Source of the DNA: Candidatus Hadarchaeales archaeon
GTDB lineage: Archaea; Hadarchaeota; Hadarchaeia; Hadarchaeales; Hadarchaeaceae
Assembly: GCA_038872135.1 (NCBI GenBank)
Contig: JAVZGN010000009.1
Location: 1-37,057 of the forward strand
DNA length: 37,057 nt
Direction: 5' to 3'
Shown one piece after another: positions 1-8,102 of this stretch (within the stretch, counting starts at the first letter, position 1; each line of letters begins with the position of its first letter). A program made the position numbers and the translations under genes. The notes beneath the pieces were generated by a model, which was not told the DNA's origin, did no database searches, and saw only the letters and a program-made list of their open reading frames with translations.

Positions 1-182
1 ACGAGGAGCCCTAGGAGGCCCCCGAGAACTGCGGCTATGACCGCTGAAAAAATCGCTGTTGCAACATAGATGTCGGAAGAGACCGGCATCCTGGCTTTTC
101 TTATGGCATCCTGAAGCTGGGGGTATCTTTTTCCCTTTGTGAACCTGCCGAACCATCTGTAGGCCAGCTCAGCGAATGCCAT
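1..182 (-). CDS. Type II secretion system F family / TadC-FlaJ-like pilus platform membrane protein (5' part, runs off the window edge)
   Basis: Hand translation from ATG at 182: MAFAELAYRWFGRFTKGKRYPQLQDAIRKARMPVSSDIYVATAIFSAVIAAVLGGLLGLL. The 'L..A.M.....Y' segment followed by TM helices is typical of archaeal TadC/FlaJ N-termini. TATA-like TTTAATAAA lies ~25 nt upstream. Confidence 0.7.
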   Translation of the reverse strand, partial: MAFAELAYRWFGRFTKGKRYPQLQDAIRKARMPVSSDIYVATAIFSAVIAAVLGGLLGLL

Positions 183-236
183 CGGTTAAAAATACATCTG
201 GAGTTTATTAAAGGTGGCTTGTGGAGGTTTGAAATC

Positions 237-665
237 TTAGAAATAGCTGGTGTAGACGACGCCTATCACAATGCCCTCTATCTGTTTTAGGATGGCAAAA
301 TTTTCTGGAGAAGCATCGCCCTTCACCACAAAATAGTTATCCGTGATTGCTAAGACTCTCTTCACATCCAAAACATTGCCTCTCCTATAAATGATGATGT
401 CTTCCGTCATGACGCTTTCCGGCTGGGCCCTGACCCACATGATCGTGTCGTTCTCCCTGATGGTTGGAGTCATTTCCCAGTTCTCAGCCCTTGAGAATTC
501 TATGAGGGGGGAGATGAACGCCCTGTAGCCTCCGAAGAACTCTGAGCGATCTTTTAGCCCAGCCTGAACCGTGGCCCGCCACCTGAGCACACCTGTCACT
601 AGGGAGAAAATGACTGCTGCGAGGAGGATGAGGATGACGACATTTTTTGCTGTTTCCCTATTCAT
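237..665 (-). CDS. S26 signal peptidase-like protein, probably catalytically inactive
   Basis: N-terminal TM helix. S26 boxes are present (MTPTIRENDT, DIIIY, DVKRV, VKGDA, IEGIVI), but the catalytic Ser of GxSMxPT is replaced (NWEMTPT). Confidence 0.75.
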   Translation of the reverse strand: MNRETAKNVVILILLAAVIFSLVTGVLRWRATVQAGLKDRSEFFGGYRAFISPLIEFSRAENWEMTPTIRENDTIMWVRAQPESVMTEDIIIYRRGNVLDVKRVLAITDNYFVVKGDASPENFAILKQIEGIVIGVVYTSYF

Positions 666-668
666 CTT

Positions 669-1094
669 TTACCACCTCGAGGTGAAGAGGGTGCCGATGA
701 CCCGCCCCTCTATCTGGGAAATTATCTCTCCATCGTCGGAGGGGTTGGCATCTCCCTTCGTCAGCACCCCGTTTGGGAGAACTGAGATGACCCTGTGGAC
801 GACCCTTCCCCCTGCCTTCTGGAGGTAGAAGACCGCGATATCGCCCACCCCAAGGTTTTCCACGGGATAGGTGATAGCAAGGACTAGATCTCCGTCTTCA
901 AATGTCGGCTTCATGCTGTTCCCCTGGATCCTGACGGGCCAGATGGCATTGTCGAGAAAGGCCTCCGCCCTGAAGTATCCTGTCCAGTTCTCGAGGCCTG
1001 CTGGGATCGGCTGGGGCTGAGAGACTAGGAGAAAGGAAATAGTTGCGATCAGGATGCACACCAGAAAAGCGATTTCTCTATCTTTTAGGCTCAT
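669..1094 (-). CDS. Signal peptidase I, S26 family (SipW/Sec11-like, Ser-His type)
   Basis: N-terminal TM; GNSMKPT, GDIAVF, VVHRV and TKGDAN motifs intact. Confidence 0.9.
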   Translation of the reverse strand: MSLKDREIAFLVCILIATISFLLVSQPQPIPAGLENWTGYFRAEAFLDNAIWPVRIQGNSMKPTFEDGDLVLAITYPVENLGVGDIAVFYLQKAGGRVVHRVISVLPNGVLTKGDANPSDDGEIISQIEGRVIGTLFTSRW

Positions 1095-1104
1095 CTATAT
1101 CATT

Positions 1105-1157
1105 AAAAGAGAAAATAAAAAGAAAAAAAGGTTTCGGTTCCCGAGCCCTTAGGGCGC
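1105..1157 (-). terminator. Hairpin plus long U-tract terminator after the putative fibre-subunit gene
   Basis: Minus strand right after the stop: GCCC-TAA-GGGC hairpin, then TTTTTTTCTTTTTATTTTCTCTTTT. Confidence 0.6.
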
Positions 1158-1916
1158 CTACTTCCAGCCAAACAACTTGACCTCGTCCAAGCTCAGCTGA
1201 GATGCGGCGGGAATCTTCCAGTGCTGGCCATTGCGGTTGAACCTAACGTTGACTTTCACATAGCCCGCTGTCGTGTTCTGGTTCTCATAACCATAGACAA
1301 ACTCCTTGGCGCTGGCTGGCTCATTGAACGAGTTGTCCTCACCACTTGTGTACCCACTCCACCTTATGTAGACGTAGAGGTTCTCCTTTGACGCATAGGC
1401 CATGTTGTCCGGTGCGTAGAGAGTCACGTCCACAACTATGTCGAAGTACTGCTCATAGGGAACATTTATTGTCTGACCATTCTGGTTGATCACAGAGTTC
1501 GAGCTGAGCCAAGCGCTAGTTTGGCCGTCAAACGCTGATGTGTTGTCTCCCTGATCGTACTTGATTAAGAAGATGTTTTCGATTCCCTGCCAGTGCCCGC
1601 TTCCCAGAACCCAACCGCGCCCTACTAGAGTTCCATTTGAAAATACTGAAAGCTCTCCAACGCTGAAAGTCGCTGGTGCAAGGGTTGGCTGGGTCAGAGC
1701 CCACGCCCCCAGCCCCGCTGCAATCACTATTACTATCGTCGCCGCAACCCATGGTAGTCTTCCTGACATTCCCTTTTCCACCTCCTTCTTTTCTATTCTA
1801 AACTTCGGTGCCCTCGGGGGCCCGGGAGAATAGTCGAGCCTGCTTTTACACCTCGGACACTCTTTTGGATTGGGGACTTTTGCATTCCATTCATACCCAC
1901 AGCGAGGACACCTCAT
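1158..1916 (-). CDS. Zn-ribbon (CPRC..CPRC) fused to a secreted TasA/CalY-like (SipW-cognate signal peptide) beta-rich protein; alternative internal start at 1769
   Basis: The ORF track starts at 1961, but TATA TTTATAAA at 1941-1948 fits a leaderless start at ATG 1916 (MRCPRCGYEW...PKECPRCKS). SD GGAGGTG (1779-1785) precedes in-frame ATG 1769, which begins a hydrophobic signal ending GLGAWA-LTQPTLAPATFSVGELSV. Confidence 0.7.
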   Translation of the reverse strand: MRCPRCGYEWNAKVPNPKECPRCKSRLDYSPGPPRAPKFRIEKKEVEKGMSGRLPWVAATIVIVIAAGLGAWALTQPTLAPATFSVGELSVFSNGTLVGRGWVLGSGHWQGIENIFLIKYDQGDNTSAFDGQTSAWLSSNSVINQNGQTINVPYEQYFDIVVDVTLYAPDNMAYASKENLYVYIRWSGYTSGEDNSFNEPASAKEFVYGYENQNTTAGYVKVNVRFNRNGQHWKIPAASQLSLDEVKLFGWK

Positions 1917-1940
1917 ACGGAATAAGTTTGTTTTTCGAGG

Positions 1941-1954
1941 TTTATAAACCTTTC
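1941..1954 (-). promoter_or_regulatory. Archaeal BRE/TATA promoter for a leaderless transcript starting near 1916
   Basis: Minus strand GAAAGGTTTATAAA, with the TATA box 25 nt upstream of ATG 1916. Confidence 0.6.
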
Positions 1955-2029
1955 CCACCATCTACTATTATGATTATGATTTTTCAAAAAGTCTTTTTCT
2001 CTTTCTACTATGATTTGGCCAAAATTCTA

Positions 2030-2536
2030 CTATGATGGTCCAGCTATGTAAAATCTTGAAGAAGCCTGGAGATTTTCAATGTTTGTCTCAAAAAACACGT
2101 CAACCCTCCATAGGCCTGGAAGAGCATCTGGGATTGCCCCCGGCATCAGCCCATTCTCGCTCGCATCTCCGACAATTCCCCCCATCCTGTAAATGACAAG
2201 ATTGTAGCCTGGAGGTATCGGAGGTGGCTTCCTGAGAAGTGGCGAGCTAAAGAACCCATTGTTTTCATTCACCAGCTGAAGACCCCCACCGAGCAAAATC
2301 ATTTCATTATCACTTCCATTGGAAATAACTATTCGAATTGTGCCATTCTCCATCCATTCAAAAAAATTATCCGGAAAAAACTCTATCGAAACCCTGGTGT
2401 CCGTTGCTCCGGGCCAATTCTCAAATGCGCGAGTTGGGAAGGTGACAGGGGGTTGTGGGGGACGGCTGCGAACGATGTAGACGGAAGCAAAGGTCACAAT
2501 GCCGGCCACCGCTAGAAGAATTATCTCCTTCTTCAC
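2030..2536 (-). CDS. Hypothetical membrane-anchored/secreted protein
   Basis: GTG start, N-terminal hydrophobic helix, Pro-rich linker, beta-rich domain with N-X-S/T sequons. TTTATAA lies ~22-29 nt upstream. Confidence 0.7.
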   Translation of the reverse strand: MKKEIILLAVAGIVTFASVYIVRSRPPQPPVTFPTRAFENWPGATDTRVSIEFFPDNFFEWMENGTIRIVISNGSDNEMILLGGGLQLVNENNGFFSSPLLRKPPPIPPGYNLVIYRMGGIVGDASENGLMPGAIPDALPGLWRVDVFFETNIENLQASSRFYIAGPS

Positions 2537-2618
2537 AAACTGTCCTTTCTTCCCCCATTATAAACATTTTCTATGAGGATGCATCGCTTTTATCCGCTAG
2601 GAGCTCACGATTATCTGG

Positions 2619-3809
2619 ATGCAGAGAAAACTGATAGCAGAAGGAAAAATCATGCTTGAACTCCAGGACCCGGAAAGCTTCAGGGTAGCCACCGGAGACT
2701 ATGTTCCCTCATTGGCTGAAGTCTTCTACAACCCAAAAATGGAGCTTTGCCGGGACATCTCCGTGGCAGTGGCCCAGGTGATTTCTAGGAAAATATGGCC
2801 GCTGAAAATCTGCGATCCACTGGCAGGTGTTGGGGTTAGAGGTCTCAGGTATGCAGCCGAGGTTTCAGGAGTTTCAGAGGTTGTCCTGAACGATATATCG
2901 GAAAAAGCCGAAAAGGCGATTCTCAGAAATATGGAGCTCAATGGAATTCGATCAGAGGTCCACCGGGAAGACGCAAGCTCTCTCCTCTGGAAAAACAGAG
3001 GAAGATTCAACCTCATTGACATTGACCCCTTTGGCTCCCCGGCCCCATTTTTGGACGCAGCTTTCGGGGCACTCCGGAAAAAGGCGCTTCTCGCAATCAC
3101 GGCAACTGATACAGCCCCCCTTTGCGGCGCTCAAAAGAAAGCCTGCCTGAGGAGGTACGGGGCTGTTCCCATTAGAACAGAATACTGCCGGGAACTCGGC
3201 GTTAGAATTCTGATCGGCTTCGCCCAGAGAGTTGCAGGAAAACATGAGATTGCCATCCGCCCCATCCTCTCCCACGCCACCGAGCACTACTTCCGAGTAT
3301 ATCTCTATGCCGAGCGCGGTGCGAAAAAAGCCGATGAAGCGATAAAAAATCTAGGGTGGATTTCTCACTGCTTCGTCTGCGGGAGGAGATACATCTCAAA
3401 GAGCTTTGCCTTAGCCAACCCCTCCAAATGTTACTGCGGCGGAAAGCTTTCCCATGCTGGACCCCTCTGGACCGGCCCAATCGAGGACGGGGAATTCATC
3501 GGAGAGGTTCTGAAAGATGTGGTCAGGAGAAGCTTTCGCCTCGCCTCGATGGAGATAAACCTCCTCACCAGACTGATGGAAGAAGCCCAAGGCCCACCCA
3601 CCTTTTACGATGTGAATCAGCTTGCCAGAACCTTCAAAACGCGGAGCCCTAAGATGGAAAAGCTGCTCAAATCCATCAGAGGAGCTGGGTTTCACGCCTC
3701 CCGAACCCATTTTTCTCCAACAGGCTTCCGAACTACTGCTCCCTATGAAGCAATTGCAGAAATCATGAAAAATGACTGCCACTCCAACCTCTCAAAAATA
3801 GGAGATTGA
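2619..3809 (+). CDS. trm1: tRNA (guanine-26-N2)-dimethyltransferase
   Basis: VFYNPKM..CRD, DPLAGVGVRGLRY, IDIDPFGSP, TATDTAPL, GPLWTG and RTHFSPTGFRT motifs; CxxC/CxC Zn insert. Confidence 0.97.
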   Translation: MQRKLIAEGKIMLELQDPESFRVATGDYVPSLAEVFYNPKMELCRDISVAVAQVISRKIWPLKICDPLAGVGVRGLRYAAEVSGVSEVVLNDISEKAEKAILRNMELNGIRSEVHREDASSLLWKNRGRFNLIDIDPFGSPAPFLDAAFGALRKKALLAITATDTAPLCGAQKKACLRRYGAVPIRTEYCRELGVRILIGFAQRVAGKHEIAIRPILSHATEHYFRVYLYAERGAKKADEAIKNLGWISHCFVCGRRYISKSFALANPSKCYCGGKLSHAGPLWTGPIEDGEFIGEVLKDVVRRSFRLASMEINLLTRLMEEAQGPPTFYDVNQLARTFKTRSPKMEKLLKSIRGAGFHASRTHFSPTGFRTTAPYEAIAEIMKNDCHSNLSKIGD

Positions 3810-3863
3810 TAGTCTGCGCGCCCCTCCGCCATCCTTTTAAATTCCCAGAGGGATAATGGAGCG

Positions 3864-4433
3864 ATGCTCGCGCTTGCGCAGACCCTAACAGAAGTAATCC
3901 TGATGGTGCTGGTGATAGTTCTCTTAGCTTTGCAGCTTTTCGGTGGCGGCAGCATCGTGAGAAGAAGACAACTTGAGAGAGAGGTGGAAAGTCTCAGGGC
4001 TAGGATAAAGGAAATGGAAGAAGCAAAAAGCGCCCAATCGAGAAGAGCTGAGACAAAACTCTCACCGGATATCTTCGGCTTTGCGAGAGATCTGGAAACT
4101 CTCAGGTCTGCGATAGCCGGCTCGAGGATTTGTCAGAAAATCCTTCAGAAGAAATACCGCCTTCCGCCCGGAGCTGAGCTGCTGAAGAAGATAATGTCAA
4201 GCTATGCCATCGACCAGGTGACAAAGGAGAGGCTCGCAGATGAATTTCTGGTTGGAGAGGTGGGAAGAGGGATAATGAATTCCCTGAAAACCGGAAAAAC
4301 CATTGAGAGAGCAGCGGCGGAGGTTGGCGTCCCCATCCTAGTGGCAAAGGGGCAAATAGCGAGGCTCCAGATCCTCGGCTACCTAGACAACAAGCTGAAG
4401 ATTACCCCTCTTGGAGAAAGGGCATTAAAATAG
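3864..4433 (+). CDS. Hypothetical membrane-anchored protein with coiled coil and C-terminal winged-helix-like domain
   Basis: N-terminal TM, heptad segment, C-terminal IERAAAEVGVP...LQILGYLD..LKITPLG pattern typical of wHTH. Confidence 0.7.
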   Translation: MLALAQTLTEVILMVLVIVLLALQLFGGGSIVRRRQLEREVESLRARIKEMEEAKSAQSRRAETKLSPDIFGFARDLETLRSAIAGSRICQKILQKKYRLPPGAELLKKIMSSYAIDQVTKERLADEFLVGEVGRGIMNSLKTGKTIERAAAEVGVPILVAKGQIARLQILGYLDNKLKITPLGERALK

Positions 4434-5681
4434 AATCCTCTCCGCGGCTTTCTTCACCTTCGCCCGGTATTTTTCATCGGTTAGAACCCTCAGGAAGTAG
4501 CGGGGGGCCTGTCTCTTCTTCAGCGCCGGGGCGAGGGGAGAGACCTTGGAAAGGCTGAGAATTTTTCCATCAGATATCACCGGCATCTCCACCTTCTCCA
4601 GCCTCGGCTCGGAGATTATGATGTCCACAACCGGGACATCCAAGATGACCATTCCCCTCTCAACCCCTGCAGCATCTGCAATCTCCTCCTGCAGCTTCTG
4701 GACTTTCCCCCACCGTCCAAACCTCCTCAGATACTCCCACTTCTCCTCTCTCGTCAGATCTCTCCTTTGCTCAACCAAGGCAGATTTGAAAAGCCTCCTG
4801 TACTTCAGCCGCTGGACGATCTCAGCCGGGTATCCCCCGCATCTCTCAAGGCTCACGATGAGCTGCGAATCGTTCATGAGGAAAAATGTCTCTCGATCAA
4901 GATTCCCGTCCCTAAGGGCTCTGTCAACGGCGTTTGCAAGCATCATTTCAGCGCTCCTGACCGTGTGGTGGAAATACACGGAGGAATACATGAGGCCCCT
5001 CGCCGTCAGAAGCCCCTCGACCGCCTCAACCCCTTTTGAGAGGATGCAGAGCTTTCCCCCTTTTATCCTCAGGATGCTTGAGAGCCTGTGGACATCCACA
5101 AGCCCTAGGGCAACTCCTGTGAAATGGGAGTCACGAAGGAGATAATCCATCTGGTCCACGTCGACCTCGCTGTGGAGGAGATCCCCCAGATATTTTCTTC
5201 TGTGTTTCCCGAGTAGGAGCTGCGAGATTTCCCTGGTTGAAATCCCTCGCCTCTCCAAGAGTTCATTCACAGTTGGAACCCCTATCCTCCCAAGCTCCTC
5301 CTCGGGGGCCACAGGAAGTTTCCCCTCTATGATGTTCCCGGTTATCTCCATGTGATCTTTCTTCAAAAAATCGACCATCAGATACTCCAGGGTGTGGGAG
5401 AAAGGGGCGTGACCGATATCGTGGAGGAGCGCTGCAATCATCACCATCTCCCTCTCCTCTGCGCTCAGCCCCAGCACCGCCCCGACGCTTTCCGCAAGGT
5501 GGGCTGTCCCAAGCGCATGCTCAAAGCGGGAATGGTTGGCTCCCGGGAAAGCGATGTTTGCGAGACCCAGCTGCTTGATCCCCCTCAGCCTCTGAACCTC
5601 TGCAGTGTCTGTGAGGGCTAGGATTATCCCCTTTATCTTAATGCTCCCGTGAACCGGATCGTGAATCGTCTTTTCTTCCAT
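4425..5681 (-). CDS. HD-domain phosphohydrolase (SAMHD1/dGTPase-like dNTP triphosphohydrolase family)
   Basis: IHDPVHG, QRLRGIKQLG, HSRFEHALG, LLHDIGHAPFSH, DVDQMDYLLRDS and VYFHHT motifs. Confidence 0.93.
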   Translation of the reverse strand: MEEKTIHDPVHGSIKIKGIILALTDTAEVQRLRGIKQLGLANIAFPGANHSRFEHALGTAHLAESVGAVLGLSAEEREMVMIAALLHDIGHAPFSHTLEYLMVDFLKKDHMEITGNIIEGKLPVAPEEELGRIGVPTVNELLERRGISTREISQLLLGKHRRKYLGDLLHSEVDVDQMDYLLRDSHFTGVALGLVDVHRLSSILRIKGGKLCILSKGVEAVEGLLTARGLMYSSVYFHHTVRSAEMMLANAVDRALRDGNLDRETFFLMNDSQLIVSLERCGGYPAEIVQRLKYRRLFKSALVEQRRDLTREEKWEYLRRFGRWGKVQKLQEEIADAAGVERGMVILDVPVVDIIISEPRLEKVEMPVISDGKILSLSKVSPLAPALKKRQAPRYFLRVLTDEKYRAKVKKAAERILF

Positions 5682-5796
5682 CTTTTCCCTTTAGAAGGCT
5701 CTCTCTCTGAAGTTATAAACTGATGGCTGAGCGGCAGGGAAAACACCTGACAGTCAACCAAATATATTGGAATTTCCACATAGCTTTGTAGATCAA

Positions 5797-6660
5797 ATGG
5801 ACTGGATAACTCCGGTAAAGCCAGGGTTCGGGGGCTTTGACTTCCCCTATGAGAAGGCCGATGTCGTTTTCATCGGTGTTCCGCTGGACGTCACCTCCAG
5901 CTACAGGTCGGGATACCGCTTCGCCCCGACAAAGATAAGGGAGGCCTCGGCCAACCTGGAAACCTACATCCCCACCGCCGGGATCGACGTCTTCGTGAAG
6001 CACAACATCTCTGACCTCGGGGACATCATTCTCACCCCAACCGACATAGTTGGATCCGGCAGGAGGATAACCGAGGTTGTGAGGAAAGTTGTCAGGGATG
6101 GAAAAATTCCCATCCTGCTGGGGGGCGAGCACACCCTTACATACTTCTCGGTGAAAGCTTTTCCAGATGTCTTTGTCATCCAGCTGGACGCCCACGCCGA
6201 CCTCAGGGATGAGTACCTAGGCGATAGGATCTGCCACGCCACGGTGATGAGGAGAATTCTCGAAAGCATCCCTGAGGAGAAAATCGCGCAGCTCGGGATA
6301 AGATCGTGCTCGGCTGAAGAGGCGGAGTTTCTGAAGAAAAGTAGACATCTCCTCATCTCAACTGAAACTCTGCTGGAAAAAAGAAGCGAGGCAATGGAGC
6401 AACTGAAAAAAACTATTGGGAGTTCTCCAGTTTATTTGACGGTAGATCTGGATGTCCTGGACCCAGCCTTCGCTCCGGGAGTTGCAACCCCTGAGCCGGG
6501 AGGTCTTCACACAGTCGATCTTCTGAGAATCACAAGAGAGATTGCGGGATTGAACCTCGTGGGCTGTGATATAGTCGAGCTGACCCCTCCCCACGACAAC
6601 GGCTCCACTGCATTTGCAGCAGCGAGAATAGCCTATGAGATTCTAGCTTTCATGAAATAG
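5797..6660 (+). CDS. speB: Agmatinase (ureohydrolase family)
   Basis: GVPLD.T, GGEHTLT, LDAHADLRD, DLDVLDPAFAPG..TPEPGG and DIVEL motifs. Start is ATG 5797 or TTG 5767. Confidence 0.93.
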   Translation: MDWITPVKPGFGGFDFPYEKADVVFIGVPLDVTSSYRSGYRFAPTKIREASANLETYIPTAGIDVFVKHNISDLGDIILTPTDIVGSGRRITEVVRKVVRDGKIPILLGGEHTLTYFSVKAFPDVFVIQLDAHADLRDEYLGDRICHATVMRRILESIPEEKIAQLGIRSCSAEEAEFLKKSRHLLISTETLLEKRSEAMEQLKKTIGSSPVYLTVDLDVLDPAFAPGVATPEPGGLHTVDLLRITREIAGLNLVGCDIVELTPPHDNGSTAFAAARIAYEILAFMK

Positions 6661-7176
6661 TTATCTGAGGAGCTCTTCCCCCTTCTCAACTATGAGCTTT
6701 GTCGGCACCGAAAGCTTGATGGATGCTCTCCTGAGGGCTTCCTTTGCAATCGGCCAGAACTCCTTTGCCACTCGCACAGTCATGAGCTTCTGCCCGGAAA
6801 AAACTCTCGCCGCAGATCCTATCGGCTTCCCGAAGGCCCTCCTCATCCCGTCGGAAATTCTGTCTGCCCCAGCCCCAGCAGCCATTGGGTTCTCTCTCAG
6901 GATGTGGTGTGGATAGACTCTGATTTTAAAATGATAACTTTTCCCAGCTTTTGTCTCAAGGAGCCTGTTGGCCGCAACCCTCGCAGCCTCAATCGCATTG
7001 TGCCTTATCTGGCCGCTTTCAATTGCCACCAGGGTCATCTCAATCGGAAAATCTCCATTTGGGTCCCCCATGTCAAAGAAGGTCACCCTCACCCCTGGCG
7101 CCCCCTTCACAAATTCTTTCCTGGCATATGCTGGGCCACTGAAGTGCCTGTAGGTCCTAGCTGGTCTCAACGGCAT
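6661..7176 (-). CDS. rpl10e: 50S ribosomal protein L10e (uL16)
   Basis: RPARTYR, QIRHNAIEAAR, RVYPHHILREN and GAGADRISDGMRRAFGKP. Confidence 0.98.
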   Translation of the reverse strand: MPLRPARTYRHFSGPAYARKEFVKGAPGVRVTFFDMGDPNGDFPIEMTLVAIESGQIRHNAIEAARVAANRLLETKAGKSYHFKIRVYPHHILRENPMAAGAGADRISDGMRRAFGKPIGSAARVFSGQKLMTVRVAKEFWPIAKEALRRASIKLSVPTKLIVEKGEELLR

Positions 7177-7276
7177 GTTCTCCCTCTATAATCCTTCCTC
7201 CACATTTTAAAAGCGTCTCCTTATCCCATCCCAAGTCTTTTATTTCCAATCCAGCAATTGCTATTTGGGGTTTCAA

Positions 7277-7942
7277 GTGAAGAAAGCAAACTATGTGATC
7301 ATTGCCGGCGGGGGGAGGATAGGGTCCCATCTTGCAAAGGCTCTGGAGCCGAGCGGAAGGGACATTGTGATCATTGAAAAAAATCCTAAAGTCTGTGAAA
7401 GGCTTTCCTCCGAGCTCAGTGCCTTGGTCATCTGCGGTGATGCAACCGATGTAAAAATTCTGGAAGAGGCGAAGATTCAAGAGGCGGATGTCTTTGTCGC
7501 TGTAACAGGCAATGATAACGAAAATATTGTGGCCTGCCAGCTTGCAAAATTCACATACAAGGTTCCGGTTGTTCTCGCCAGGGTAGAGGATACAGAGAGG
7601 GCCGAGATGCTGAAGAACATGGGGATAGATCTGATCGTCAACCCCGCTCATGTCGCTGCAATGGTTTTTGAAAATGCCATCGCCCTTCCCGGTACAACAT
7701 CAATCCTCGTCTCGGAAACTGTCACCAGAGCGGTGGAGATCGTTGTCCCAGAAACATCGAAAGTTGTAGGGAGAAGGATCAGGGATTTGAGCTTTCCCGT
7801 TGATTGTGTCATTGCCGCCATTCACAGAGCAGGGAAGCTAATAATCCCCCATGGAGACACTGTCATAAAGCCTGGAGACATCCTGGCCACCATCGGGAAG
7901 GAGGAGGCCATAGCAAAAGTTGTCAAGCTGGTGGAGAGCTGA
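7277..7942 (+). CDS. trkA: Trk K+ uptake RCK (NAD-binding) subunit, single RCK_N + RCK_C
   Basis: IAGGGRIG Rossmann motif, GDATD, AVTGNDNEN and a C-terminal IIPHGDT.I..GD. Start is GTG 7277 or TTG 7265. Confidence 0.93.
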   Translation: MKKANYVIIAGGGRIGSHLAKALEPSGRDIVIIEKNPKVCERLSSELSALVICGDATDVKILEEAKIQEADVFVAVTGNDNENIVACQLAKFTYKVPVVLARVEDTERAEMLKNMGIDLIVNPAHVAAMVFENAIALPGTTSILVSETVTRAVEIVVPETSKVVGRRIRDLSFPVDCVIAAIHRAGKLIIPHGDTVIKPGDILATIGKEEAIAKVVKLVES

Positions 7943-7944
7943 GC

Positions 7945-8091
7945 ATGGGGCTTCGAGAGTTCTCCCTGAAAAAATTCTTGAAGAAAAACTTTGACTTCAC
8001 CATGGGGATTCTCACAGAGTTTGGGATTGCTGCACTCTTCATCTTGGTCGGCTTCATCCTTTCCTTCATCATTGTGATGATCAAGCTATAA
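7945..8091 (+). CDS. Small (48 aa) single-TM membrane protein within the trk operon
   Basis: ATG 2 nt after the trkA stop; MGLREFSLKKFLKKNFDFTMGILTEFGIAALFILVGFILSFIIVMIKL; ends 11 nt before trkH. Confidence 0.65.
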   Translation: MGLREFSLKKFLKKNFDFTMGILTEFGIAALFILVGFILSFIIVMIKL

Positions 8092-8102
8092 GGGGAATAG
8101 AA

